A model generated the notes under the pieces. It saw only the letters and a program-made list of their open reading frames with translations. It had not been told where the DNA came from and did no database searches. A stretch of DNA of 64,000 nt from Burkholderiaceae bacterium (GTDB lineage Bacteria; Pseudomonadota; Gammaproteobacteria; Burkholderiales; Burkholderiaceae_C): assembly GCA_965218765.1 (NCBI GenBank), contig CBDCLU010000001.1:24842-88841 (forward strand), given 5' to 3'. Position 1 is the stretch's first letter, and each line of letters begins with the position of its first letter. The position numbers and the translations under genes are program-made. Shown here piece by piece: positions 21,182 to 31,869 of the stretch.

Positions 21182-21987
21182 GTGGCCGGCACCGGGCCGC
21201 GCAACGCAGCCCGGTCGAACCGGCCCGCCGCCACGTCCGCTGCGATCGACGCATATTCGTGCCGATCGACCGCGCGCCATTGCAGTTCGTCGCCGGGCGC
21301 CAGCAGCGTCGGTCGATCGACCACGTGCGGATCGAACAGCGGCACCGGCGTGCGACCGAGCACGCGCCAGCCGCCCGGGCTTTCCCACGGATAGGCGCCG
21401 CACAACCGCAGCGCGATCGCGACCGAGCCGGCCGGCACGCGCTTGCGCGGCGATGCGAGCCGCGGCATCTCCAGCACCGGCGGCAGCCCGCCCATGAACG
21501 CGAACCCGGGCAGGAAACCGAGCATGTAGACCTGGAATACGGTGCTCGTGAGCAAGTCCAGCACCGCCTGCTCGGGCATGGCCTTGGCCGCGGCGACGTC
21601 GGCCAGATCGAGCGCAAATTCGGCGTCGCAGCAAAACGGCACCAGCCAGCGCGTGCCGGCCACGGTGGCGCTGCCACTGGCCTGCGCGAGCCGGCCGAGC
21701 TGGCCGGCGAGCGCGGCGCTGTCGACCTGGTCCGGATCGAAATGCACGGTGACCGAACGGAACGTGGGCACGTACTCCGCCACGCCGGTCAGCATGCCGG
21801 CCGCGCACGCATGCTCAAGCGCGGCAGCGAAGCCGAGCACGCGCGCGTGCGTCGGCGCATCGATCTCGCGGCCGAACTCGATCGTCAGCGCGGCATCGCC
21901 GAGCGGCAGCAGGCGCGGCGGTTCGAAAGCGGCAAGACAAGCGGTCTGGTGCATCGCATCCACAGGTTCAAGGGCGCAGACTGACAA
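21178..21987 (-). CDS. pxpB: 5-oxoprolinase subunit B / allophanate hydrolase subunit 1-type
   Basis: LPLGDAALTIEFG and YMLGFLPGFAFMG motifs. The start may be the internal Met at 21954. Confidence 0.82.
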   Translation of the reverse strand: MSVCALEPVDAMHQTACLAAFEPPRLLPLGDAALTIEFGREIDAPTHARVLGFAAALEHACAAGMLTGVAEYVPTFRSVTVHFDPDQVDSAALAGQLGRLAQASGSATVAGTRWLVPFCCDAEFALDLADVAAAKAMPEQAVLDLLTSTVFQVYMLGFLPGFAFMGGLPPVLEMPRLASPRKRVPAGSVAIALRLCGAYPWESPGGWRVLGRTPVPLFDPHVVDRPTLLAPGDELQWRAVDRHEYASIAADVAAGRFDRAALRGPVPAT

Positions 21988-22228
21988 ACGGACATTGTGG
22001 CCGCTCCTGCCGGGCCGGCCGATCGGTGGTGCTAGGCCGGCGATGCAACCGCAACAAAATTGATAGCTGCAAACGCAGACTGCACCAACGCTCAGACCAA
22101 TTTTCTTTTGATAATTTTATGTTATTTGCGCAGCGGTAGGATTCACCTGCATCGGCCCGCGGACATGCACCGGCGGAACTAAACTTCAAACATTGCCGTC
22201 GCACTGGAATCCACCGGGAGACACCTTC

Positions 22229-22927
22229 ATGCCGAGCTTCATGCCAAGCCGCTTCACCACCCGTCATGGCCTGATCGCGGTGCTGTCGATCATGGCCGCC
22301 AGCAGCACCAGCGCAGCCGAATTCGGCCGCGTGCTTGCCTCGCGGCAGGTCGTGGAAACGGTCGGCGTGCCGCGCCAGGTCTGCAGCACCGAGCCGATGC
22401 TGCTGGACACCGCGCCGACCGGTGGCGGCGCGCTGGCAGGCGCGGTGGTCGGCGGATTGGCCGGCAACTCGATCGGCGGCGGTGGCGGACAAGTGGTCGC
22501 CACGATGCTGGGCTTTCTGGCGGGGTCGATCGTCGGCGACCGGATCGAAGCCGCACGTTCGCCGCAGCTCTACGACGTCGAGCATTGCTCGGTGCAGAAC
22601 TTCACGGAGAACCGCACGGTCGGCTGGGACGTGGAGTACGAATATGCGGGCAAGCAGTATTCGGCGCGGTTGCCGAGTGACCCCGGCGTTACCGTGCCGC
22701 TGGACATCACGCCGGCCGGCGCGGCGCCGATCGCCGGCGTGCCGGCCGGATCGATCGCCGCACCGCCGCAAACCATTTACGGGCGGGCAGGCAGCGTCCC
22801 ACCGTATCCCGTGAACGGCTATCCGGCTGGCTACCCGGTCTATGCACCGCGGCCGGTCTACGTCGGCCCGCCGGTGTCGATCGGGCTGGGCTTCAGCTAC
22901 TTCGGCGGACATGGGCGCTGGCGTTGA
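22229..22927 (+). CDS. glycine-zipper 2TM domain protein (outer-membrane/surface-antigen-like)
   Basis: ATG 22229 lies 8 nt after GGGAGA. Signal-like LIAVLSIMAASSTSAAE. Gly-zipper GGGALAGAVVGGLAGNSIGGGGGQVVATMLGFLAGSIVG. Pro/Tyr-rich C-terminus. Confidence 0.7.
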   Translation: MPSFMPSRFTTRHGLIAVLSIMAASSTSAAEFGRVLASRQVVETVGVPRQVCSTEPMLLDTAPTGGGALAGAVVGGLAGNSIGGGGGQVVATMLGFLAGSIVGDRIEAARSPQLYDVEHCSVQNFTENRTVGWDVEYEYAGKQYSARLPSDPGVTVPLDITPAGAAPIAGVPAGSIAAPPQTIYGRAGSVPPYPVNGYPAGYPVYAPRPVYVGPPVSIGLGFSYFGGHGRWR

Positions 22928-22960
22928 CGGCAGGCCACGCAGCGCCTTTGGCTCCGATCA

Positions 22961-22991
22961 GCAAGAAAGCCGGCTCGTCCGGCTTTCTTGC
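22961..22991. terminator. bidirectional hairpin terminator between convergent genes
   Basis: 13-bp stem GCAAGAAAGCCGG / loop CTCGT / CCGGCTTTCTTGC, between the stop at 22927 (+) and the purH stop at 23033 (-). Confidence 0.7.
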
Positions 22992-23032
22992 TGGTCGACG
23001 CGGCCGTGGGTCTGCGGTCCGCCCGGCCGGCG

Positions 23033-24610
23033 TCAGTGCCTGAAGTGCCGCACGCCGGTGAACAGCATCGCCACGCCGCGCTCGTCGGCGGCATCGATCA
23101 CTTCCCCGTCGCGCATCGAGCCGCCCGGCTGGATCACGCAGACCGCCCCCGCGTCCACCACCACGTCGAGCCCGTCGCGGAACGGGAAGAACGCATCGCT
23201 GGCCACCACGGTGCCCTGCAGCGACAGCTTCGCGTGCTCCGCCTTGATGCTCGCGATGCGCGCCGAATCGAGCCGGCTCATCTGCCCGGCGCCGACGCCG
23301 AACGTCATGCCGTCCTTGCAGAAGACGATCGCGTTGCTCTTCACGTACTTGGCGACTTTCCAGGCGAACAGTGCGTCCTGCAGTTGCGCGTCGGTTGGCT
23401 GCTGTCTGGTCACGACCCTCAACTCGGCCAGCGCGAGTTCATGGTTGTCGGCGGTTTGCATCAGCAGGCCCGAGCCGACGCGCCTGATGTCCATCGCGTT
23501 GCGGCCGTTGTCCCAATCGGTCGAGCCTCCGACCGGCAGGTCGATCTGCAGCACACGCACGTTGGCTTTGGCCTTGAACACCGCCAGCGCCGCATCGCTG
23601 TAGCCGGGTGCCATCAGCACCTCGACGAACTGCTTCGAGATCGCTTCCGCCGCCGCACCGTCGAGCGGCCGATTGAATGCGATGATGCCGCCGAACGCCG
23701 ATGTAGGGTCGGTCTGGAATGCTTTTTGATACGCGGCCAGCGGATCGCCGCCGAGTGCGACGCCGCACGGGTTCGCGTGCTTGACGATCACGCAGGCCGC
23801 AGTGCCATTCGCATCGAAGCTTTTCACGCATTCCCACGCCGCATCGGCATCGGCGATGTTGTTGTAGCTGAGTTCTTTGCCCCGCAACTGGCGCGCGGTC
23901 ACGATCGAGCCGGGTGCCGGATGCAGGTCGCGGTAGAACGCGGCCTGCTGATGCGGGTTTTCGCCGTAGCGCAAGTCCTGCAGCTTGACGAAGCGGCCGT
24001 TCGCCTGGTCGCTGAACACGCTGTGCGAACCGTCGGGCTGGATGCGGGACAGGTAGTCGCTGATTGCGGCGTCGTAGTTGCTGATGCGGTTGAACGCGGC
24101 GACCGCCAATGCAAAACGCGTCGCATCGCTCAACGCACCCGCATGCAGCGCTTCGAGCACGGCCGGATATTGCGCAGCGTCGGTCAGCACCGCGACGTGC
24201 TTCCAGTTCTTCGCCGCGCTGCGCACCATCGCCGGGCCGCCGATGTCGATGTTCTCGATCGCGTCTTCCAGCGTGCAGCCGGGCTTGGCGACGGTGGCTT
24301 CGAACGGGTACAGGTTCACCACCAGCAGGTCGATCGTCTGGATGCCGTGCTGTTGCAATGCCGCCATGTGATCGGGCTGCTCACGGCGCGCGAGCAGACC
24401 GCCATGCACGTTCGGATGCAGGGTCTTGACGCGGCCATCCAGCATTTCGGGAAAGCCCGTCACGTCGGCCACCTCGCGCACCGGCAGGCCCTGCTGCGCG
24501 AGCAACGTCGCCGTGCCGCCAGTGGACCACAGCGTCCAGCCCATCCCATGCAGCGCGCGCGCCAAGTCGGCGATACCGGTCTTGTCGGAAACGGAAATCA
24601 GTACGTTCAT
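23033..24610 (-). CDS. purH: bifunctional AICAR formyltransferase / IMP cyclohydrolase
   Basis: Start [12 protein letters not shown] (MGS-like domain) at 24610. KHANPCG motif. 525 aa. The upstream part of the ORF-track ORF is an extension. Confidence 0.93.
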   Translation of the reverse strand: MNVLISVSDKTGIADLARALHGMGWTLWSTGGTATLLAQQGLPVREVADVTGFPEMLDGRVKTLHPNVHGGLLARREQPDHMAALQQHGIQTIDLLVVNLYPFEATVAKPGCTLEDAIENIDIGGPAMVRSAAKNWKHVAVLTDAAQYPAVLEALHAGALSDATRFALAVAAFNRISNYDAAISDYLSRIQPDGSHSVFSDQANGRFVKLQDLRYGENPHQQAAFYRDLHPAPGSIVTARQLRGKELSYNNIADADAAWECVKSFDANGTAACVIVKHANPCGVALGGDPLAAYQKAFQTDPTSAFGGIIAFNRPLDGAAAEAISKQFVEVLMAPGYSDAALAVFKAKANVRVLQIDLPVGGSTDWDNGRNAMDIRRVGSGLLMQTADNHELALAELRVVTRQQPTDAQLQDALFAWKVAKYVKSNAIVFCKDGMTFGVGAGQMSRLDSARIASIKAEHAKLSLQGTVVASDAFFPFRDGLDVVVDAGAVCVIQPGGSMRDGEVIDAADERGVAMLFTGVRHFRH

Positions 24611-24654
24611 CGCGCGGGCGGCCGCCGGTGCGCGGCGGGTCAGTTGGCAACGCG

Positions 24655-24906
24655 CTATTTTGCCGGCTGCTCCAGCAGCAACCGATGCTGCGCGAGCTTC
24701 TTGCGCAACGTGTTGCGGTTCACGCCGAGCCACTGCGCCGCGCGCGACTGGTTCTGGCCGCACCGCTCCATCACCACCTCGAGCAGCGGCTTTTCCACCG
24801 CATGCAGCAGCATGTCGTGCAGGTTGGCCGGCTCGGTACCGCGCAGATCCTGGAAGTACTCGTCAAGGCTGGCTCGGACGCATTCGTCGATGCTGTTGCG
24901 GCTCAT
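24655..24906 (-). CDS. fis: Fis family DNA-binding protein
   Basis: 83 aa with C-terminal [25 protein letters not shown]. Classic dusB-fis arrangement with start/stop overlap. Confidence 0.88.
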   Translation of the reverse strand: MSRNSIDECVRASLDEYFQDLRGTEPANLHDMLLHAVEKPLLEVVMERCGQNQSRAAQWLGVNRNTLRKKLAQHRLLLEQPAK

Positions 24907-26000
24907 GTGACCGATTCCATGATGAGAGCGTCGGGCTGTTTCGGCAGGTCGAGCGGTGATTCAGCAAGCAGCGCGCCCGCATGCCTCCCGTCGGGCATCC
25001 GGTCCATCGACGCACCCAGTTCGTCCAGAAATGCCGCCACCGCCTGCGTTTGCTGCGCCGCTTGATCGATTGCGTTCATGCGTGCACGAAATGCCCCCGC
25101 ACCCGGCAATCCATGCAAATACCAGCCGATGTGCTTACGGGCACTGCGCACTCCGCTATCAAAACCATAGAGACTGTAGTGATCGTGCAAGTGCGATTGC
25201 AGCGCGCGTGCGACCTCGGCCAGCAACGGCGGCGCCAGCAGTTCGCCGGTGCCGAGGAAATGCGCGATCTCGCGAAACACCCACGGCCGCCCTTGCGCTG
25301 CGCGGCCGATCATCACCGCATCGGCACCGGTATGGTCGAGCACTGCGCGCGCCTTCTGCGGCGAGTCGATGTCGCCATTGGCCACCACCGGCACCGACAC
25401 CGCCTGCCTGACTGCACGCACCGTGTCGTACTCGGCCACGCCGCGGTAGCCCTGTTCGCGCGTGCGGCCATGCACGGTCAGCATCTGGATGCCAGCCGCT
25501 GCCGCAGAGCGCGCAATGCGCGCCGCATTGCGGTTTTCGTCGTTCCAGCCGGTTCGCATCTTCAGGGTGACCGGTACACCGTGCGGCGCGCAGGCGGCCA
25601 CCACCGCTTCCACGATCGCCAGCGCCAGCGGCTCGTCCTGCATCAGCGCCGAACCCGCCCATTTGTTGCAGACTTTCTTGGCCGGGCAGCCCATATTGAT
25701 GTCGATCACCTGTGCGCCGCGGTCGATGTTGTAGCGCGCCGCATCGGCCATCTCCTGCGGCTCGGTGCCCGCGATCTGCACCGCGATCGGCGCGGCCTCG
25801 CCGTCATGATTCGCGCGGCGCGAGGTCTTCAGGCTGGCCCACAGATCACGCCGGGACGTCACCATCTCGCTGACCACGTAGCCGGCGCCGAACTCACGCG
25901 CGAGACGCCGGAACGGCCGGTCTGTCACACCGGCCATTGGTGCGGCAAAAACGGGATTGACCAGCGCGATGGGGCCGATCTGGATGGGCTTGAAGGACAC
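24903..26000 (-). CDS. dusB: tRNA-dihydrouridine synthase B
   Basis: APMAGVTDRPFR and IDINMGCPAKKV motifs. Lies upstream of fis. Confidence 0.9.
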   Translation of the reverse strand: MSFKPIQIGPIALVNPVFAAPMAGVTDRPFRRLAREFGAGYVVSEMVTSRRDLWASLKTSRRANHDGEAAPIAVQIAGTEPQEMADAARYNIDRGAQVIDINMGCPAKKVCNKWAGSALMQDEPLALAIVEAVVAACAPHGVPVTLKMRTGWNDENRNAARIARSAAAAGIQMLTVHGRTREQGYRGVAEYDTVRAVRQAVSVPVVANGDIDSPQKARAVLDHTGADAVMIGRAAQGRPWVFREIAHFLGTGELLAPPLLAEVARALQSHLHDHYSLYGFDSGVRSARKHIGWYLHGLPGAGAFRARMNAIDQAAQQTQAVAAFLDELGASMDRMPDGRHAGALLAESPLDLPKQPDALIMESVT

Positions 26001-26209
26001 GAGCGACGGGTTGGGTCGGGAAGCGGGACGGTGATTCTATCTGCTCAAAAATTCAGCAAACAGTCAGGATAGGGGTCCGTTGCCGGCTACCTATACTGGC
26101 CGGCTTTTGTTCGACCCGGGCTTGATCCGGGCTTTGTACAAACCAGCCCCACATCGACGACCCCGCCCGTTTATCACGTCCCTCGACCGACAACGCCCCC
26201 GCTTCCCGA

Positions 26210-26692
26210 ATGGCTGAATGGATGAACCACCTGCTCGATCTGCTGGCGCTGCCGCAATACGGCCTGGGCACGGTGTTCGTCGTGTCGTTCGTATCGGCCA
26301 CCCTGCTGCCGCTCGGCTCCGAGCCCGCAGTGTTCGGGCTGGTCAAGTTGAATCCGGAACTGTTCTGGCCGGCCATCGCGGTCGCCACGCTCGGCAACAC
26401 CCTCGGCGGCGCAGTCGATTGGTGGATGGGCTTCGGCGCGCACCAAGTGGTCGACAAGTACCGTCATTCGCCGACGCACCTGAAAGTGCTGCAGTGGCTC
26501 GAGCGACTCGGACCCAGGGCCTGCCTGTTCTCGTTCCTGCCGGTGGTCGGTGACCCGCTGTGCGCGGTGGCCGGCTGGCTCAAGCTGCCGTTCTGGCCCT
26601 GCGTGGGCTACATGGCGATCGGCAAATTGCTGCGTTATGTTGTGATGACGGCAGCATTGCTTGGCATGTTTCCCGGCGTGCTGCTGCATTGA
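26210..26692 (+). CDS. YqaA/DedA-like (SNARE-associated) membrane protein
   Basis: 160 aa with 4-5 TM helices. SFVSATLLPLGSEP and LGNTLGGAVDWWMG motifs. Confidence 0.65.
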   Translation: MAEWMNHLLDLLALPQYGLGTVFVVSFVSATLLPLGSEPAVFGLVKLNPELFWPAIAVATLGNTLGGAVDWWMGFGAHQVVDKYRHSPTHLKVLQWLERLGPRACLFSFLPVVGDPLCAVAGWLKLPFWPCVGYMAIGKLLRYVVMTAALLGMFPGVLLH

Positions 26693-26903
26693 GCTGCGTG
26701 CCGCACCGCCCAGGATGACCAAGATGCATTGCGCAGGCTTGTCGTTAAACGGCTAAAAAACGGCAAAAAAGTATCAGCGTTCGGCTGAATTCGTAGTGGT
26801 GATGTTGCGCGCGCGGTTCTAGTATTTCCCATGGGCCGAGCGTCGGGCCGATAAGAAAACTACGGAGACAAACAGCGCACCGCAGCGGTCCAGCACCGCG
26901 CCC

Positions 26904-27854
26904 GTGCGCCGACGCCATGCGATGAAGCCGGACCTTGAAGTCGTTCAGATCGGACGCGCCGAAGCGTTCAAGGCGTGGGAGCACGGCTACCCGTTTCACA
27001 CGGTGCGCTGGCATTTCCATCCCGAGTTCGAGCTGCATCATGTGGCGAACACCACCGGCCGCTTCTTCGTCGGGGACTACATCGGTCACTTCGCGCCGGG
27101 CAACCTGGTGCTGACAGGACCAAACCTGCCGCATAACTGGGTCAGCGATCTGCCCGCGGGCTGCACCGTACCGTTGCGTGGCCGCGTGCTGCAGTTCAGC
27201 GAACGCTTCATCGACGACGCCGCGCGGCTGCTGCCGGAACTGGCCGCGTTTGTGCCGCTGCTGGAGTCGAGCCGCCGCGGCGTGCTGTTTCCGCCTGCCA
27301 CCGCCGAGCGGGTCGGCCCCCTGCTGGCGGAACTGGTCGAAGCCACCGGTGTGCGCCGGGTCGAGCTGTTCATGGCGGTGCTTGCGGCGCTGACGCAGGC
27401 GCAAGCCCAGGCCACGCTGCTGGCCAGCGCCGGCTATCACCCCGATCCATCCGGCTTCATGGCCACCGGCATCAACCTGGCGCTCGGCTACATCAATGAC
27501 AACCTGACCGAGGCGTTCAGCGAGAAGGACCTGGCGGCGCTGTCCCGTTTGAGCCCCGGCGCGTTCTCCCGCAGCTTTCGCCGCCACACCGGCATGACGC
27601 TGGGCGCCTACGTCAACCGGTTGCGCATCCACCTCGCCAGCCAATTGTTGATGAGCGAGCCGGGCATGCCGATCACCGACATCTGCTTTTCCGCGGGCTT
27701 CACCAACCTGTCGAACTTCAACCGCCAGTTCCTGCGGCACAAGCACATGCCGCCTTCGCGCTTTCGAAGCCTGCTTGCAGGCAACGGAGGCACTCAGACC
27801 CATCATGGTTGCGCCAGAAAGGATCCGAGCACCTTCGCCAGCACGCCTCACTAA
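26904..27854 (+). CDS. AraC family transcriptional regulator (cupin N-domain)
   Basis: C-terminal double HTH (FSRSFRRHTGMTLGAYVNRLRIHLASQLL ... ICFSAGFTNLSNFNRQFLRH). Lies directly upstream of the sugar ABC genes. Confidence 0.85.
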   Translation: MRRRHAMKPDLEVVQIGRAEAFKAWEHGYPFHTVRWHFHPEFELHHVANTTGRFFVGDYIGHFAPGNLVLTGPNLPHNWVSDLPAGCTVPLRGRVLQFSERFIDDAARLLPELAAFVPLLESSRRGVLFPPATAERVGPLLAELVEATGVRRVELFMAVLAALTQAQAQATLLASAGYHPDPSGFMATGINLALGYINDNLTEAFSEKDLAALSRLSPGAFSRSFRRHTGMTLGAYVNRLRIHLASQLLMSEPGMPITDICFSAGFTNLSNFNRQFLRHKHMPPSRFRSLLAGNGGTQTHHGCARKDPSTFASTPH

Positions 27855-27903
27855 CGACCGGGAAACGCACGCGCCGAGCATCATTTTCAACAGGAGACTT
27901 TTC

Positions 27904-28965
27904 ATGACCCGACTGCTTTCAACCCACGTATTTCGCGCCACCGCGCTGACCCTTGCCATGAGCGTCACGGCCGCCGTTGCCGCTCCGAGCGGCACGGTCG
28001 CGTTCCTGATGCCGGATCAGGCTTCGACCCGCTACGAACAGCACGACTACCCTGGCTTCAAGGCCGAGATGAGCAAGCTGTGCCCCGACTGCAAGGTGCT
28101 CTATCAGAACGCGAACGGCAACCTGTCGCAGCAACAGCAGCAGTTCAACTCGATGCTCGCGCAGGGCGCAAAGGTGATCGTGATCGATCCGGTCGATTCG
28201 ACCGCTGCGGCCTCGCTCGTCAAGATGGCGCAGGGCCAGGGTGTGAAGGTGATCGCATACGACCGGCCGGTGCCGTCCACGCCGGCCGACTATTACGTGT
28301 CGTTCGACAACACCGGTATCGGCAAGGCGATCGCCGAATCGCTCGTCAAGCACATGAAGGACGACCTGAAGATCCCGAACGACAAGGGTGGCCTGCTGCA
28401 GGTCAACGGCTCGCCGACCGACGCGGCGGCCGGCCTGATCAAGGACGGCATCCACCAGGGCATCCAGGGCAGCGGCTACAAGACGCTGGCCGAATACGAC
28501 ACGCCGGACTGGGCGCCGCCGAAAGCGCAGCAATGGGTCAGCGGGCAGATCACGCGCTTCGGCGCCGAGATCGTCGGCGTGGTGGCGGCCAATGACGGCA
28601 CCGCCGGCGGCACGATCGCCGCATTCAAGGCAGCCGGCGTGAACCCGGTGCCACCGGTCAGCGGCAACGACGCCACGATCGCGGCGCTGCAGCTGATCAT
28701 CGCGGGCGACCAGTACAACACCATCTCCAAGCCGAGTGAGATCGTCGCGGCTGCGGCGGCGAAGATCGCAGTCGGCTTTCTGTCGGGCGAGAAGCCGAAA
28801 GCCGAGATGACGCTGTACAACACGCCGTCGCAACTGTTCACGCCGGCCGTCGTCACGCAGAAAAACCTCAAGGCCGAGATCATCGACAAGAAGATCCAGA
28901 CCGCTGCGGAGCTCTGCACCGGCCGCTACGAGGAAGGCTGCAAGAAGCTCGGCATCGGCAACTGA
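27904..28965 (+). CDS. sugar/polyol ABC transporter substrate-binding protein (periplasmic-binding type I, xylose/ribose-like)
   Basis: ATG 27904 after AGGAGA. Signal peptide ...LAMSVTAAVAAPS. VAFLMPDQASTRYE and VIAYDRP blocks. Confidence 0.8.
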   Translation: MTRLLSTHVFRATALTLAMSVTAAVAAPSGTVAFLMPDQASTRYEQHDYPGFKAEMSKLCPDCKVLYQNANGNLSQQQQQFNSMLAQGAKVIVIDPVDSTAAASLVKMAQGQGVKVIAYDRPVPSTPADYYVSFDNTGIGKAIAESLVKHMKDDLKIPNDKGGLLQVNGSPTDAAAGLIKDGIHQGIQGSGYKTLAEYDTPDWAPPKAQQWVSGQITRFGAEIVGVVAANDGTAGGTIAAFKAAGVNPVPPVSGNDATIAALQLIIAGDQYNTISKPSEIVAAAAAKIAVGFLSGEKPKAEMTLYNTPSQLFTPAVVTQKNLKAEIIDKKIQTAAELCTGRYEEGCKKLGIGN

Positions 28966-29036
28966 ACCGGCGTCGATCTTTGCGGACCCGGATGCTTTCC
29001 CGGGTCCTGCTTCAATCTTTTGTAAGGGCTCACTGC

Positions 29037-29852
29037 ATGAACGACCGTTCCACAGCGCGCACTGAGGCCGGCCAGCCGGTCATCAGCCTGCGCGGCGTCT
29101 CCAAACATTTCGGCGCGGTATCGGCGTTGACCGACATCGAGCTTGACGTGCATCCGGGCGAAGTGGTGGCCCTAGTCGGCGACAACGGCGCGGGCAAGTC
29201 CACGCTCGTGAAAGTGCTGGCCGGCGTGCATCAGCCGAGCAGCGGCACCATCACATTCAACGGCAGGCCGGTCGCGCTGAGCAGCCCGAGCGCGGCGCTG
29301 GACCTCGGCATCGCGACCGTGTTCCAGGACCTCGCGCTCTGCGAGAACCTCGACGTCGTCGCCAACATCTACCTCGGGCGCGAACTGAAGCCGCTGCAGC
29401 TCGACGAAGTCGCAATGGAAGTGCGCGCCTGGACGCTGCTCAATGAACTCGCGGCGCGCATTCCGAGCGTGCGCGACGTGGTTGCATCGTTGTCCGGCGG
29501 CCAGCGCCAGACGGTCGCGATCGCGCGCTCGCTGCTGCTCGATCCGAAGCTGATCATGCTCGACGAGCCGACCGCCGCTTTAGGCGTCGCGCAGACCGCC
29601 GAGGTGCTGAATCTGATCGAGCGCGTGAAGCAGCGCGGCCTCGGCGTGATCATGATCAGCCACAACATGGAAGACGTGCGCGCGGTAGCAGACCGGATCG
29701 TGGTGCTGCGCCTGGGCCGCAACAACGGCGTGTTCTATCCGGACTCGTCGAATCAGGAACTGGTCGCGGCGATCACCGGCGCGACCGAGAACGCGGTGTC
29801 GCGCCGGGCTGTTCGGCTTCAGGCTGAACAGCAGACGATCACGGAGACATAG
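29037..29852 (+). CDS. sugar ABC transporter ATP-binding protein (single NBD)
   Basis: Walker A GDNGAGKST, signature LSGGQRQ, Walker B LIMLDEPTAAL. About 271 aa from ATG 29037. Confidence 0.85.
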   Translation: MNDRSTARTEAGQPVISLRGVSKHFGAVSALTDIELDVHPGEVVALVGDNGAGKSTLVKVLAGVHQPSSGTITFNGRPVALSSPSAALDLGIATVFQDLALCENLDVVANIYLGRELKPLQLDEVAMEVRAWTLLNELAARIPSVRDVVASLSGGQRQTVAIARSLLLDPKLIMLDEPTAALGVAQTAEVLNLIERVKQRGLGVIMISHNMEDVRAVADRIVVLRLGRNNGVFYPDSSNQELVAAITGATENAVSRRAVRLQAEQQTITET

Positions 29853-29854
29853 CC

Positions 29855-31114
29855 ATGAGCACCGAGACACCAGCCGCGGCACAACCTGCGCCGCTGCTCG
29901 ACCGCAGCGACAGCCGCGTCAAGCATGCAAGCGGGGTCGGCGGCGCGGTCTCCGCGTTCATCGACCGGGTGCGTGCCGGCGACATCGGGTCGTTGCCGGT
30001 GGTGATCGGCCTGGTGCTGATCTGGACCGTGTTCACGATCCTGAACCCGATTTTTCTATCGCCGAACAACCTCGTGAACCTGCTGTTCGATTGCTCGACC
30101 GTCGGCGTGATCGCTTTAGGCATCGTCTGCGTGCTGATGGTCGGGCAGATCGATCTGTCGGTCGGATCGATGAGCGGTTTCGCCTCCGCGCTTTTGGGCA
30201 TGCTCTGGGTGAACGAAGGCTGGCCTGTGCTGCTGGCAATGTTGGTCGCGCTGGCCATCGGCGCGTTGATCGGCTCGCTGTACGGCATGCTGTTCAACCG
30301 CCTGGGCATGCCGAGCTTCATCACGACCTTGGCCGGGTTGCTCGCGATCCTCGGCATGCAGCTCTACGTGCTGGGCGCGACCGGCTCCATCAACCTGCCC
30401 TACGGCTCGACGCTCGTGAACTTCGGGCAGCTGCTCGTCATCCCCGCGCTGCTGTCGTACCTGCTGGTATTGATTCCCGGCGCGGTGATCTTCTGGATGG
30501 GGCTGCGCACGCGCGAGCAGCGCCGCATCGCGAATCTGTCGGCGGCGTCGCTCGGCGGGCTGATCGCGCGTGCGCTCGCGATCACGGTGCTCTTGCTGGC
30601 CGTCGTCGCCTACCTCGACCGGGGACGCGGCGTGCCGCTGATGTTCGGCCTGTTCCTCGCGCTCGCAGTCGCGATGGATTACGCGTTGACCCGCACCCAG
30701 TGGGGCCGATCCATGACCGCGGTCGGTGGCAATCAGGAAGCCGCGCGGCGCGCCGGCATCAACGTGAACGGCATTTACATGAGCGCGTTCATCGCCTGCG
30801 CAAGCCTGGCGGCGCTCGGCGGCGTGCTGTCCGCAGCCCGGCTCGCATCTGCCAGTCAGCAGGCCGGCACCGGCGACGTGAACCTGAATGCGATCGCCGC
30901 GGCCGTGATCGGCGGCACCAGTCTGTTCGGCGGGCGTGGCAGCGCCTATTCAGCGGTGCTCGGCGTGATCGTGATCCAGTCGATCGCAAGCGGCCTGACC
31001 TTGCTCAACCTGTCGTCGTCGCTGCGCTTCATGATCACCGGCGCGGTGTTGCTGATCGCGGTGATCGTCGATTCGCTCGCGCGCCAGTCGCGCGTGTCGC
31101 ACGGCCGCGCTTGA
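29855..31114 (+). CDS. sugar ABC transporter permease (XylH/RbsC-type)
   Basis: 419 aa, polytopic. GGNQEAARRAGINV and IAAAVIGGTSLFGGRGS motifs are typical of the BPD_transp_2 family. Confidence 0.82.
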   Translation: MSTETPAAAQPAPLLDRSDSRVKHASGVGGAVSAFIDRVRAGDIGSLPVVIGLVLIWTVFTILNPIFLSPNNLVNLLFDCSTVGVIALGIVCVLMVGQIDLSVGSMSGFASALLGMLWVNEGWPVLLAMLVALAIGALIGSLYGMLFNRLGMPSFITTLAGLLAILGMQLYVLGATGSINLPYGSTLVNFGQLLVIPALLSYLLVLIPGAVIFWMGLRTREQRRIANLSAASLGGLIARALAITVLLLAVVAYLDRGRGVPLMFGLFLALAVAMDYALTRTQWGRSMTAVGGNQEAARRAGINVNGIYMSAFIACASLAALGGVLSAARLASASQQAGTGDVNLNAIAAAVIGGTSLFGGRGSAYSAVLGVIVIQSIASGLTLLNLSSSLRFMITGAVLLIAVIVDSLARQSRVSHGRA

Positions 31115-31135
31115 CGCTTGGAAAAAAGGACTCTC

Positions 31136-31864
31136 ATGGCTGAATCGATGAAAGGCAAGGTCGCGGCCATCACGGGCGCGGCATCGGGCATCGGCCTTGC
31201 GTGTGCGCGCAGCCTGATCGCGGAAGGCGCGAGGGTCGTGCTGGTCGATCGCGCAGCCGACCGGCTCGAATCGCTCTGCGCCGAGCTGGGGGCCAACGCG
31301 CTGCCGCTGACTCTGGATCTGCTGCAGCCCGCGGCCGTGTCCACGATGCTGCCGCGCATCGTCGAGCTGGCCGGCGGCCTCGACATCTTCCACGCGAACG
31401 CGGGCGGTTACATCGGCGGCCAGGTCACGGACGGCAACCCCGATGAATGGGACCGCGTGCTGAACCTGAACGTGAACGCCGCGTTCCGCTCAGTGCACGC
31501 GGTGCTGCCGCAGATGACCGCGCAAAAATCCGGCGACATCATCTTCACGAGCTCGATCGCAGGCATCGTGCCGGTCGTCTGGGAGCCGATCTACACCGCG
31601 TCCAAGTTCGCGGTGCAGGCGTTCGTGCACACCGTGCGGCGCCAGCTTGCGCCGCACGGTATTCGGGTCGGCGCAGTCTGTCCGGGCCCGGTCGTCACCG
31701 CGCTGCTCGATGACTGGCCGAAGGCGAAGATGGACGAAGCGCTCGCGTCCGGCAGCCTGATGCAGCCGCAGGAAGTGGCCGATGCAGTGCTGTTCATGCT
31801 GAGCAGGCCGCGCAACGTGACGATCCGGGACCTGGTGATCCTGCCCAACAGCGTTGAACTCTGA
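31136..31864 (+). CDS. short-chain dehydrogenase/reductase (polyol dehydrogenase-like)
   Basis: [10 protein letters not shown] cofactor motif, SSIAG ... YTASK catalytic motif. ATG 31136 is preferred over the TTG at 31118. Confidence 0.82.
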   Translation: MAESMKGKVAAITGAASGIGLACARSLIAEGARVVLVDRAADRLESLCAELGANALPLTLDLLQPAAVSTMLPRIVELAGGLDIFHANAGGYIGGQVTDGNPDEWDRVLNLNVNAAFRSVHAVLPQMTAQKSGDIIFTSSIAGIVPVVWEPIYTASKFAVQAFVHTVRRQLAPHGIRVGAVCPGPVVTALLDDWPKAKMDEALASGSLMQPQEVADAVLFMLSRPRNVTIRDLVILPNSVEL

Positions 31865-31869
31865 TCGGC